Shown here one piece after another: positions 8,788 to 16,680 of a DNA stretch of 64,000 nucleotides. How positions within the stretch are numbered: position 1 is the first letter of the stretch; the number at the start of each line of letters is the position of its first letter. The stretch covers positions 3,009 to 67,008 of the forward strand of contig CAXMQZ010000006.1 of assembly GCA_964195975.1 (NCBI GenBank), written 5' to 3'. The notes under the pieces are model-generated. The model saw only the letters and a list, made by a program, of their open reading frames with translations, was not told the DNA's origin and did not search any database. Position numbers and translations under genes: made by a program. This DNA is from an uncultured Polyangiaceae bacterium (GTDB lineage Bacteria; Acidobacteriota; Thermoanaerobaculia; Multivoradales; JAHEKO01).

Positions 8788-9216
8788 GTGGACACCACCG
8801 GAACCTACTTCCTCGATGCCAACGTCTTGATGTACGCCGCCGGTTCGGCGCATCCCCTGAGGGAGCCCTGCCGCGAGGCGCTGACGAGGGCGGTCGATCA
8901 GGAGGTTAGCCTGATTACGGATGCCGAGGTGCTCCAGGAGATCCTGCATCGCTATTTCTCCATCGGCCGGCCAGAGAGCGCCCGGACGGTCCATCACTCG
9001 GCGATCAGTCTCTGCGATGAGGTTCTTCCGGTCGACGAGAGGCACACGACGAGGGCGCTCGCGCTACTCCTCGAGCACCGGACGCTTACCCCTCGCGATG
9101 CCATCCATGTGGCGACCATGGAATCCCGCGGGCTCGAGTTGCTGCTGTCGACCGATCGTGATTTCGACGATTTGAGCCAGGTCGAGCGGATCGCCCCGAC
9201 CGCTTTTCTTCTCTAG
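8788..9216 (+). CDS. vapC: VapC PIN-domain toxin
   Basis: YFLDANVLMY...VLQEILHRY...LTPRDAIHVA...LLSTDRDFD; GTG start 1 nt after the antitoxin stop. Confidence 0.9.
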   Translation: MDTTGTYFLDANVLMYAAGSAHPLREPCREALTRAVDQEVSLITDAEVLQEILHRYFSIGRPESARTVHHSAISLCDEVLPVDERHTTRALALLLEHRTLTPRDAIHVATMESRGLELLLSTDRDFDDLSQVERIAPTAFLL

Positions 9217-9240
9217 CCCGAATGGCGTCTCTTGCCGCGA

Positions 9241-11913
9241 TCATCCTTCGATGGGTTCGAAGCGGCCCTGAAAGAAGCGCAGCTTCTCGGGCTCGTAGAC
9301 AAAGCGCAGGCCACGGATCTCGTCCCGACGCTCATAGAGCCGGATAATTCCGTCTGCCACGGCCCGCATGTGATCGCGGGTGTAGACGCGACGAGGAATG
9401 GTCAAACGCACCAGCTCTAGCGGCGGGCGGTAATTCTCGCCCGTGTTGGGATCGCGCCCCTTCGAGACGTTGCCCCGCTCCATGGCCCGCACACCCGTCT
9501 CCACATAAAGCTCGGCTGCCAGACGCTGTGACGGATACTCGTCCTGGTCGATATGGGGTAGAAACCGCTTGGCGTCCAGGAAGATCGCATGACTTCCGGG
9601 TGGCGTGACTATGGGCACGCCGGCGTCCAGGAGCATCTGACCAAGGGCTGCAGTTTGCCATACGCGGGCCCGGATGTAGCGGTCGTCGAGCATCTCTTCG
9701 ACGCCCTGGGCGATCGCCGCCAGATCTCCTGCTGAGAGCCCGCCGTCGGTGATATTGCCCTCGTAGATTCGCAGCAGATGCTCGGATTTCTTGGCCCACT
9801 CGGCGTTGTCTTTGAAGGCCAGGAGACCGCCGATGTTGATCAGAAAGTCCTTCTTGCCGGAGACCGTGCAGCCGTCTCCGTAGAGCAGCATCTCGCGGAG
9901 GATGTCGCGGATCTTGGTCTTTTTATAGTTCGGATCTCGCTGCTGGATCATGAAAGCGTTCTCGGCCATCCGGGTGGCGTCGAAGAAGACCGGAATGTGA
10001 AGGTTGGAGCAGTATGCGTAGACCTGCCGCATGTTCTCCATTGAGACCGGCTGGCCGCCGGCCATATTCACCGAGTGTTCGAAGGATATGTAGGCGATCT
10101 TCTCAGCGCCATGCTCATCGACCAGGGCCTCTATCTTGGCCATGTCGATGTTGCCCTTCCAAGGGAAATCGCTCTCGGGGTCATGGGCCTCATCGACGAT
10201 GACGTCGGCGAATACGCCGCCTGCGAGCTCTTGGTGGAGCTTGGTGGTGGTGAAGTACATGTTGCCGGGCACCAGCTGGCCGGGTTGGATCATGACTTCG
10301 GAGAGGATCTGTTCGGCAGCTCGACCTTGATGGGTAGGGATGATGAACTCGTAACCGGTGGCCTCTCGCAGGACCTCCACTAAGTGCAGGTATTCGTCGG
10401 AAGTAGTGGGGGTGGCGCGCGCCGCATCGAAGGCGGCCCACTGGTCGGTGCTCATGGCCGAGGTCCCGGAGTCGGTGAGCAGATCGACGGTGACATCTGC
10501 CGAGCGCAGGAGGAAAGTGTTATAGCCCGCCTCCGCGATGGCCTTGCGACGCTCCTCGCGGCCGAGGGTGGCGATTCGCTCAACGGTGTGGATGACAAAA
10601 GGATAGGTTTCGAACTCGTAGGGCTCGAGGTTGGCGTAGACCCAGCGATACCGCATTTCATCCCTCCAGATCCCCTCGGAAACGAGCTCCAGCGGAGGCA
10701 CGGTATCTCGCTGCTGGTAGAGACGGATGATGGCGTCGGCCACCTGCTCGAGTTGGCGGGTCGTCATGGTGAGTCGGGGGATCTGAACCGGAACCTGATT
10801 GTCCCGACCTACCAGTCCATGGGCCAGGGCTCGAACTCCTGACATCTCGTAGAGCGCGGCCGAGAAGGCATCCTGCTGGAAATTCTTCAGATGCGGCAGA
10901 AACTCTTCGGCCAGGATGTAGGCGCCGTCGCAGCCCCGCTCTGCCGGCACCCCGGCGTCGCGCAGCCGGTCGTTGAAGTGCTCGGTCTGTTGCATGACCC
11001 ACTGCACTTCTTCTTCCAGACACATCTCCTCGAGACCGCGGGCGAAGACCTCCATGGTCCTGCCTGCCATTCCGCCGTAGGTGTGCAGACCCTCGTAGAC
11101 CACCACTTCGTTCATGAAATGCTCGTTGTCTTCTGGGTTGTCAGTGGCCAGCAGACCCCCGGTGGGACACTTGGGGTCCTGGGCCCCGTCGATCTGGAAG
11201 ACGTGCGCGGTCTTGGCAATCTCCTTGACCAGAGCCGCGATGCTGCGAGCAGACATTCCCTCTTCGTGGCGTTGGATGTACCAGGCGTTCTCGATGATCC
11301 GGGAACCATCCAGCACCAGGCGCTTTCCGTGGCGATCTGCTAGCGCCCGGACGGCGCGGAGGTTCTCCAAGCTGAAGGGGTGCTGCCCGTCGCCGAATGC
11401 CTGGAGGCCCACGATGGCAACCCGGCCGCCCTCGAGGAGCTCCTCGAGTCGACCCAGATCTACGTTTCCTGTGAAGACCTCGGTCTGGTGATCCCGGATG
11501 TCGGGGACCTCCACGTTTCGAGGGGTCAAAACATCGATTCGGGTGCGAGCGTTGGAGGGCAAAAGGGAGCCTGCCGGCACCATGGTGGCGGTGACCAATT
11601 TGACGCACCCGAGCACGTTGTGGGTCGGACAGACATAGCTGTGTCCGAGGACCTCTTGTACCGCTTTTTCGAGGTGCTCGAAGTTTCGGGCCCCGGCGTA
11701 GGATTCGTCCCCTATGAGCTGCCCCGACAACTGCTCCTGGGTCATGGCACTCGTGCCGAGCGAGCACATGTCGAATGCGACCTGGGAGGGGGTCAGATTG
11801 AAGACGTTGAAATAGGCCTGGGCTAGGTACTTCTTGCGTTCTTCGAGGGTGGGGAAGGAGATCGGGCGGATGGTCTTGATTTTGTGCGGTTCGTGGGCGA
11901 GTCTGGCAATCAT
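9241..11913 (-). CDS. Tandem two-domain tyrosine phenol-lyase/tryptophanase-family protein (890 aa)
   Basis: Two full-length beta-eliminating lyase repeats; the C-terminal one has LLTDSGT, THQGR, NMYFTTT, DATR, SGKKD, MERG, VRLTIPRR, LRFF (TPL-type signatures). Confidence 0.9.
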   Translation of the reverse strand: MIARLAHEPHKIKTIRPISFPTLEERKKYLAQAYFNVFNLTPSQVAFDMCSLGTSAMTQEQLSGQLIGDESYAGARNFEHLEKAVQEVLGHSYVCPTHNVLGCVKLVTATMVPAGSLLPSNARTRIDVLTPRNVEVPDIRDHQTEVFTGNVDLGRLEELLEGGRVAIVGLQAFGDGQHPFSLENLRAVRALADRHGKRLVLDGSRIIENAWYIQRHEEGMSARSIAALVKEIAKTAHVFQIDGAQDPKCPTGGLLATDNPEDNEHFMNEVVVYEGLHTYGGMAGRTMEVFARGLEEMCLEEEVQWVMQQTEHFNDRLRDAGVPAERGCDGAYILAEEFLPHLKNFQQDAFSAALYEMSGVRALAHGLVGRDNQVPVQIPRLTMTTRQLEQVADAIIRLYQQRDTVPPLELVSEGIWRDEMRYRWVYANLEPYEFETYPFVIHTVERIATLGREERRKAIAEAGYNTFLLRSADVTVDLLTDSGTSAMSTDQWAAFDAARATPTTSDEYLHLVEVLREATGYEFIIPTHQGRAAEQILSEVMIQPGQLVPGNMYFTTTKLHQELAGGVFADVIVDEAHDPESDFPWKGNIDMAKIEALVDEHGAEKIAYISFEHSVNMAGGQPVSMENMRQVYAYCSNLHIPVFFDATRMAENAFMIQQRDPNYKKTKIRDILREMLLYGDGCTVSGKKDFLINIGGLLAFKDNAEWAKKSEHLLRIYEGNITDGGLSAGDLAAIAQGVEEMLDDRYIRARVWQTAALGQMLLDAGVPIVTPPGSHAIFLDAKRFLPHIDQDEYPSQRLAAELYVETGVRAMERGNVSKGRDPNTGENYRPPLELVRLTIPRRVYTRDHMRAVADGIIRLYERRDEIRGLRFVYEPEKLRFFQGRFEPIEG

Positions 11914-12099
11914 GAGATCTACCTCCTACGAACGTCACTGGACGAGGCGGTCGCCAGGAGAGCGGTAACGTTCGTTTCTGAAATGAAGGGCGGACCGGAA
12001 TCCGGCCGCTCGAGTAGTCTGTGCTACCCAACGGGACCGGAAACCCGCCGGGTCAGCAGGTGAATTTTAGCACGTAGGAACGGTGCGGTGGCGGACTTA

Positions 12100-12128
12100 T
12101 TGAAGGTGTACACGTATTAGTGTACACT
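12100..12128 (+). promoter_or_regulatory. Promoter/operator of hicAB
   Basis: TTGAAG-17 nt-TACACT, then 6 nt to GTG; two perfect GTGTACAC palindromes at 12106 and 12120. Confidence 0.72.
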
Positions 12129-12134
12129 CTCGTA

Positions 12135-12311
12135 GTGAAGAGGAGGGATCTCGAGAGTGCTCTGAGAAAGCTCGGGTGGAATTTGTTGCGACATGGTGGA
12201 AAGCATGATGTATGGACCGATGGTGAAAAATCAGAAGCGATTCCCCGGCATTCCGAGATCAGTGAACGACTGGCCAGAGAAATTCTGAAACGAGCAAGGA
12301 GAAAGCCCTGA
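12135..12311 (+). CDS. hicA: HicA toxin
   Basis: MKRRDLESALRKLGW..LRHGGKHDVW...IPRHSEISERLAREIL. Confidence 0.9.
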   Translation: MKRRDLESALRKLGWNLLRHGGKHDVWTDGEKSEAIPRHSEISERLAREILKRARRKP

Positions 12312-12313
12312 AG

Positions 12314-12730
12314 ATGCGATTTTCTGGGAAGGTAATTCGAGACAAGTCCTTCTGGCTGGCTGAGGTGCCGGTCTTCGAGGCCATGACGCAGGGTCGCACC
12401 CGGCGGGAAGCGCTGGAAATGATCGAGGACTGGTTCGCCACGATGGTGGATGTTCCCGGGTTCGCGGTTACGGTCGATCTTACGGGACCACAACAGTTCG
12501 AGGTCAGCAGCTCGGACCTTCGAAGCATGATCAGTTTGTTACTTCGACGGCAGCGGCAAAGAAGCGGACTGTCCCTGGCCGAGGCCGCGGAGCGACTCGG
12601 TGCCAAATCACGCAACACCTATGCACGCTACGAGCGCGGGGAGTCTTTGCCGACGATCGAGAAGCTCGACCAATTGCTACAGGCAGTGTCGGCAGACCGG
12701 GATCTCGTCGTGGATCAAAGCGGCGGGTGA
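12314..12730 (+). CDS. hicB: HicB-type antitoxin with C-terminal XRE HTH
   Basis: WLAEVPVFEAMTQGRTRREALEMIED, then LSLAEAAERLG...YARYERGESLPTIEKL. Confidence 0.85.
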   Translation: MRFSGKVIRDKSFWLAEVPVFEAMTQGRTRREALEMIEDWFATMVDVPGFAVTVDLTGPQQFEVSSSDLRSMISLLLRRQRQRSGLSLAEAAERLGAKSRNTYARYERGESLPTIEKLDQLLQAVSADRDLVVDQSGG

Positions 12731-12821
12731 TAGGACTGATGTCTTGGGCGGGCCGGAAGGTAGTCGGGCCGGAACTGACAACTCGACAACCCGGGTAATG
12801 ATCTTCGGGACCGTGCCGGAG

Positions 12822-12847
12822 AAAAAAAAGCCCCGCGGGAGCGGGGC
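12822..12847 (-). terminator. Intrinsic terminator oriented for a leftward transcript
   Basis: Minus strand GCCCCGC-TCCC-GCGGGGC followed by T8. Confidence 0.75.
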
Positions 12848-13002
12848 GGATTTGCAGCTATGAGAGTGGTCTAGCTACAAAAAAGGGGTAGCAGGAGGGA
12901 TCTCTGCTGGTTGAGTCTCTCTTCGTCCTGTTTCGTTACAGTCTCCTCGAAGACGGCCTGACGTCGGATCGCTCGCGGGAGCGTTGATAGACTGCGATCT
13001 CC

Positions 13003-14469
13003 GTGAGTGAAGAACGCGCGCCACTCCTCATCGTTGCCCTCGACGGCGGCGACCCGGAACGGATCCTGGCTTGGGCGAAAGACGGAGACCTACCGGTCCT
13101 CGCATCGATTCTCGAGCGGGGCACCGCTGCCGGGATCTACGGCCCGGAGTCGGTGAGCGTGCACGGCACCTGGACGACGTTGTTCACGGGTCTCTCGCTC
13201 GCCGAGCACGGCGGCTACGCTCGGCGTTCGCTGCGACCGGGAACCTACGAACTAGAGCCCGCGCCGGTGGGGGGGGAGGCGACGACACCCTTCTGGGCGC
13301 GGTTGGATGAGCCGCGGCATGAGATCCTTGTAATCGATGCTCCAGAGACCCGCCCGATTCCAGGTCTAAACGGTCGACAACTGGCCGACTGGGGCATTCA
13401 CAGTGCGAAGCATCCGGTTACCGAGCCACCGGAGCTGATGGATCAGGTCCGCCGATTGGTCGGTCGACCGATTAAGACCAACGAGAGGCAGCGTGGTGGG
13501 CGATGGCGTGATCGCTACGTGCTGCCTCAGATCTTGCGACGGGTGGAACGCAAAGGGCGACTCTGCCGTGCTCTGCTGGCCGATCGCCCGGCTCGCATCG
13601 TCGTGGTCGGATTCGGAGACACCCACGCCGCCGGCCATCGGTACGGAAAGTACGAAACCAACGACGACCCAATGGCTGAAGCGCTCAGCCGCGTGTATCA
13701 AGCCATCGACGATGAGTTGGGACGGCTCATCGACCAGTTCGATGCCTCACCCAATGTATTCGTGCTGGCCGACAGCGGCATTCGTGATGGACAGCCGCTC
13801 GGGACGTTGATGGACGATCTGTGCCGCGGTCTCGGATACAAGACGTCACAAGAGCCAGCCCAGTCCCGCACGCTTCAGTCCCGAATAGCTACGGCGCTGA
13901 CACCCATTCTCTCGATCCGCAACCGAACCGCTCTGCGCGAGGCGAGGTTTCTGTCGAACACCGAATGGAGCAAGACATCGGTCTTCGCGATACCCAGCAC
14001 CTACACCGGCTACCTACGCGTCAACCTGGCCGGGCGCGAGCCTGAGGGAATCGTCGCGCCCGGCGCCGAGTACGATGCTGTTCTCGATCGACTCACCTCT
14101 GATCTGGCACTCCTCGAGGACGCCTCCACGGGCGCTCCAGTCGTGGAGAAGGTGACACGAACGACCGATGTGTTTGGTCAAGATCCGCCGACGAAGCTAC
14201 CAGATCTGTTCGTTGACTTTAGACCCTGCTCGCTGCCGCAGCGAATCGTTCACCCGCGTGGGGGTTTTACGCGAGAGCGCGGAGGCGATCTGCGCGACAA
14301 CCACCACTCGCGTCGGGGCTTGATTCTGGCGGCCGGCCAGGGCATCGCGCGGCAAGGACACGTAGGCGATCTTTCGCCTTGCGAGATCGAGCCGCTCTTT
14401 CGTGCCGTGGCCGGCGCGAAGGTCGCCGCCGACACCCGCCGTCGCGGCATCGAGGCGTTTCTCACCTGA
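13003..14469 (+). CDS. Alkaline phosphatase superfamily phosphodiesterase (COG3379-like)
   Basis: LIVALDGG, WTTLFTG, DTHAAGH, VLADSG, NHHSRRG. Confidence 0.8.
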   Translation: MSEERAPLLIVALDGGDPERILAWAKDGDLPVLASILERGTAAGIYGPESVSVHGTWTTLFTGLSLAEHGGYARRSLRPGTYELEPAPVGGEATTPFWARLDEPRHEILVIDAPETRPIPGLNGRQLADWGIHSAKHPVTEPPELMDQVRRLVGRPIKTNERQRGGRWRDRYVLPQILRRVERKGRLCRALLADRPARIVVVGFGDTHAAGHRYGKYETNDDPMAEALSRVYQAIDDELGRLIDQFDASPNVFVLADSGIRDGQPLGTLMDDLCRGLGYKTSQEPAQSRTLQSRIATALTPILSIRNRTALREARFLSNTEWSKTSVFAIPSTYTGYLRVNLAGREPEGIVAPGAEYDAVLDRLTSDLALLEDASTGAPVVEKVTRTTDVFGQDPPTKLPDLFVDFRPCSLPQRIVHPRGGFTRERGGDLRDNHHSRRGLILAAGQGIARQGHVGDLSPCEIEPLFRAVAGAKVAADTRRRGIEAFLT

Positions 14470-14480
14470 GTACGGACGGG

Positions 14481-15401
14481 ATGCGCTACCGCACGCTGGG
14501 GAGGACCGGGCTCGAGGCGTCGGCCATCGGCTTGGGGACGAATCGACTGGCCGAGTCGACGGATCGTCGAGAAGCGCGCGCGACGTTCGAGCTTGCAATC
14601 GATCGTGGCGTCAACATCATCGATCTGGCCGACTGCTACGGTCACGGCGAGACAGAACGCCTCGTGGGCCGCTGGATCCAGCGATATCGAAACGACGTCA
14701 TCCTGTGCTCGAAAGTCGGCTACCGACCATCTCTCTCGGTGCGCCTCGATCGCTGGGTGGACCCGATTCGGCGCTGGAGACGAAGCAGCCCTCGACGCGC
14801 GTCGTCGGGCGGGCGAGCGCGTCCGAGTGGAAACTTCGCACCGCGCACGCTCGTGACCGGCATTGCGGGCTCGCTACGCCGGCTCGGCACGGATCGGCTA
14901 GACGTTTTCTTCCTCCACAGCCCACCACCGGAAGTGGTGGCCGATGAAGTGGTGTTCGCAGCGCTCGAAGCCGAGAAGCGGGCGGGCCGCATCCTCCACT
15001 ACGGCGTTTCATTTCCAGGGAGCGCGACCACGGAGGACGTGCTGGCGTGCCTGCGGCACCCTGGTGTCTCGATCGTTCAGCTTCGCGTGAACTGCAGCTC
15101 TAGCGTCGACCTCGAGCGAATCACCGCAGCCTCGACGACGTCGGGGGTGGCGATCGTCGCGCGCGAGCCGTTTCAGAAAGGGCGATTGCTCCCGGGCGAC
15201 ACGACCACAGACCCTTCGTCGTCCTCGCGCACTGCCGCTCAGACCATGCTCCGTGCAGTCCTCCAGCGACCGGGTGTCGACATCGTCCTCGTCGGCACGA
15301 CTCGACGCTCACACCTCGAGGAGAACCTCGCGGCCCTCGAAGCAAGCCCGCTCACCGAGCATGAAATGTCCGAGCTTTGGGCCCACGCTACGGTGGTCTG
15401 A
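14481..15401 (+). CDS. Aldo/keto reductase
   Basis: MRYRTLGRTGLEASAIGLG, DLADCYG, CSKVG, SLRRLGTDRLDVFFLH. Confidence 0.88.
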   Translation: MRYRTLGRTGLEASAIGLGTNRLAESTDRREARATFELAIDRGVNIIDLADCYGHGETERLVGRWIQRYRNDVILCSKVGYRPSLSVRLDRWVDPIRRWRRSSPRRASSGGRARPSGNFAPRTLVTGIAGSLRRLGTDRLDVFFLHSPPPEVVADEVVFAALEAEKRAGRILHYGVSFPGSATTEDVLACLRHPGVSIVQLRVNCSSSVDLERITAASTTSGVAIVAREPFQKGRLLPGDTTTDPSSSSRTAAQTMLRAVLQRPGVDIVLVGTTRRSHLEENLAALEASPLTEHEMSELWAHATVV

Positions 15402-15511
15402 GAATCAGCGTCCCAAAACGCTCGAAATCCATCAGGGCTCCGGACACTGGCGACCCACCACCAGCGAGATAGACTGAATCTTGTCGCGAAAGGGTTGATG
15501 GCGAAGCCGCA

Positions 15512-15994
15512 ATGAAGTTTCTGCTCGAGACTCCAAGTCGATTCAAGTGGACACTGAGCCTGTATCCGCCACTCTGGGGTACAGGCATCTGGGTCAGCCA
15601 CGTATCCGAGGATTTTCGGGAGGTCATCGTGACCATGGCATCCCGTTTCTACAACCGCAACGCCTTCGGTGGTCATTTCGGAGGCAGTCTGGCGGCGATG
15701 ACGGACCCCTTCCTGACTCTGATGCTGATGAAGGTGCTGGGGCCAGATTATCGGGCTATCGATGCCGAAACTCACATCCGGTTCTTGGACCAGGCCCAGG
15801 GTAGGGTCACTGCGCGCTTCAGTCTGGATGACGAAACGCTGGCGGCGATTCGAGCCGCCACGGCCAGCGGTGACAAGTATTTTGCCGAGTTTCAGATCGA
15901 CGTCACCAACGAGGCGGGAACGGTAGTAGTCCAGGTCGACAAGACGATCTATGTTCGTCTCAGACGAGAGCTGAGACCGGCAACGCCTGGCTAG
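15512..15994 (+). CDS. DUF4442 hotdog-fold (thioesterase-like) protein
   Basis: YPPLWGTGI...NRNAFGGHFGGSLAAMTDPF. Confidence 0.8.
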   Translation: MKFLLETPSRFKWTLSLYPPLWGTGIWVSHVSEDFREVIVTMASRFYNRNAFGGHFGGSLAAMTDPFLTLMLMKVLGPDYRAIDAETHIRFLDQAQGRVTARFSLDDETLAAIRAATASGDKYFAEFQIDVTNEAGTVVVQVDKTIYVRLRRELRPATPG

Positions 15995-16680
15995 ACGCGC
16001 CGGAACTCGGAGAACTCGAAGTGTTGCTCCTGGCCGCCCGGGGTCGTGTGGATCTCCGATTGGTTGCCTTCGAGCTCGAGACCGTCGCCGAGCTCCCGGG
16101 CCAGCGTTTCTGCCGAGTACCGACAGATCGGCAGGCCGCTGCAGCGGCGAGGTCCCCGCGGCGAAAACGTTGCGATGATCACCTTGCCGCCCGCGGGCAC
16201 CGCCTCGAGAAGCGCCCTTTTGTAGCCGGCGCGGCCCTCCTCGGTAATGAGAAAGTGAAAGACCGCGCGGTCGTGCCACAGGTTGTAGTGGCGAGTGGGG
16301 CGGAATTTGGTGACGTCCGCTTCGAGCCAAGTCACCCTATCGGCCTGACTGCCGAGACGCTCTCGGGATCGCTTCAGAGCGCCTCCTGAAAGATCGAGCA
16401 CCGTGAGATCCTGATAACCCCGCTCGAGCAGCAGATCCACCAATCTGGAGTCGCCACCCCCCACGTCGAGAACACCCGCGCTCGGGTCCGGAGCGAAGCG
16501 TTCGACCCACTCCAGCGATCGGTCGGGTCGAGTTTGGAACCAACCGTGCGAATGGGAAGACTGAGTGGAGTAGACCTCCTCCCAGTGAGATTTGCGATCC
16601 ACGGTACCGAGCCATCGTTGCAACCGCTTACCGACCAGCGCTAGCCACGTGGGGCGGTCTAATTCGTTTTGAATCGTCAT
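15991..16680 (-). CDS. Class I SAM-dependent methyltransferase
   Basis: HWEEVY...SWFQ-like segment, VLDVGGGDSRLVD, TVLDLS, WHDRAVFHFL. Confidence 0.88.
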   Translation of the reverse strand: MTIQNELDRPTWLALVGKRLQRWLGTVDRKSHWEEVYSTQSSHSHGWFQTRPDRSLEWVERFAPDPSAGVLDVGGGDSRLVDLLLERGYQDLTVLDLSGGALKRSRERLGSQADRVTWLEADVTKFRPTRHYNLWHDRAVFHFLITEEGRAGYKRALLEAVPAGGKVIIATFSPRGPRRCSGLPICRYSAETLARELGDGLELEGNQSEIHTTPGGQEQHFEFSEFRRV

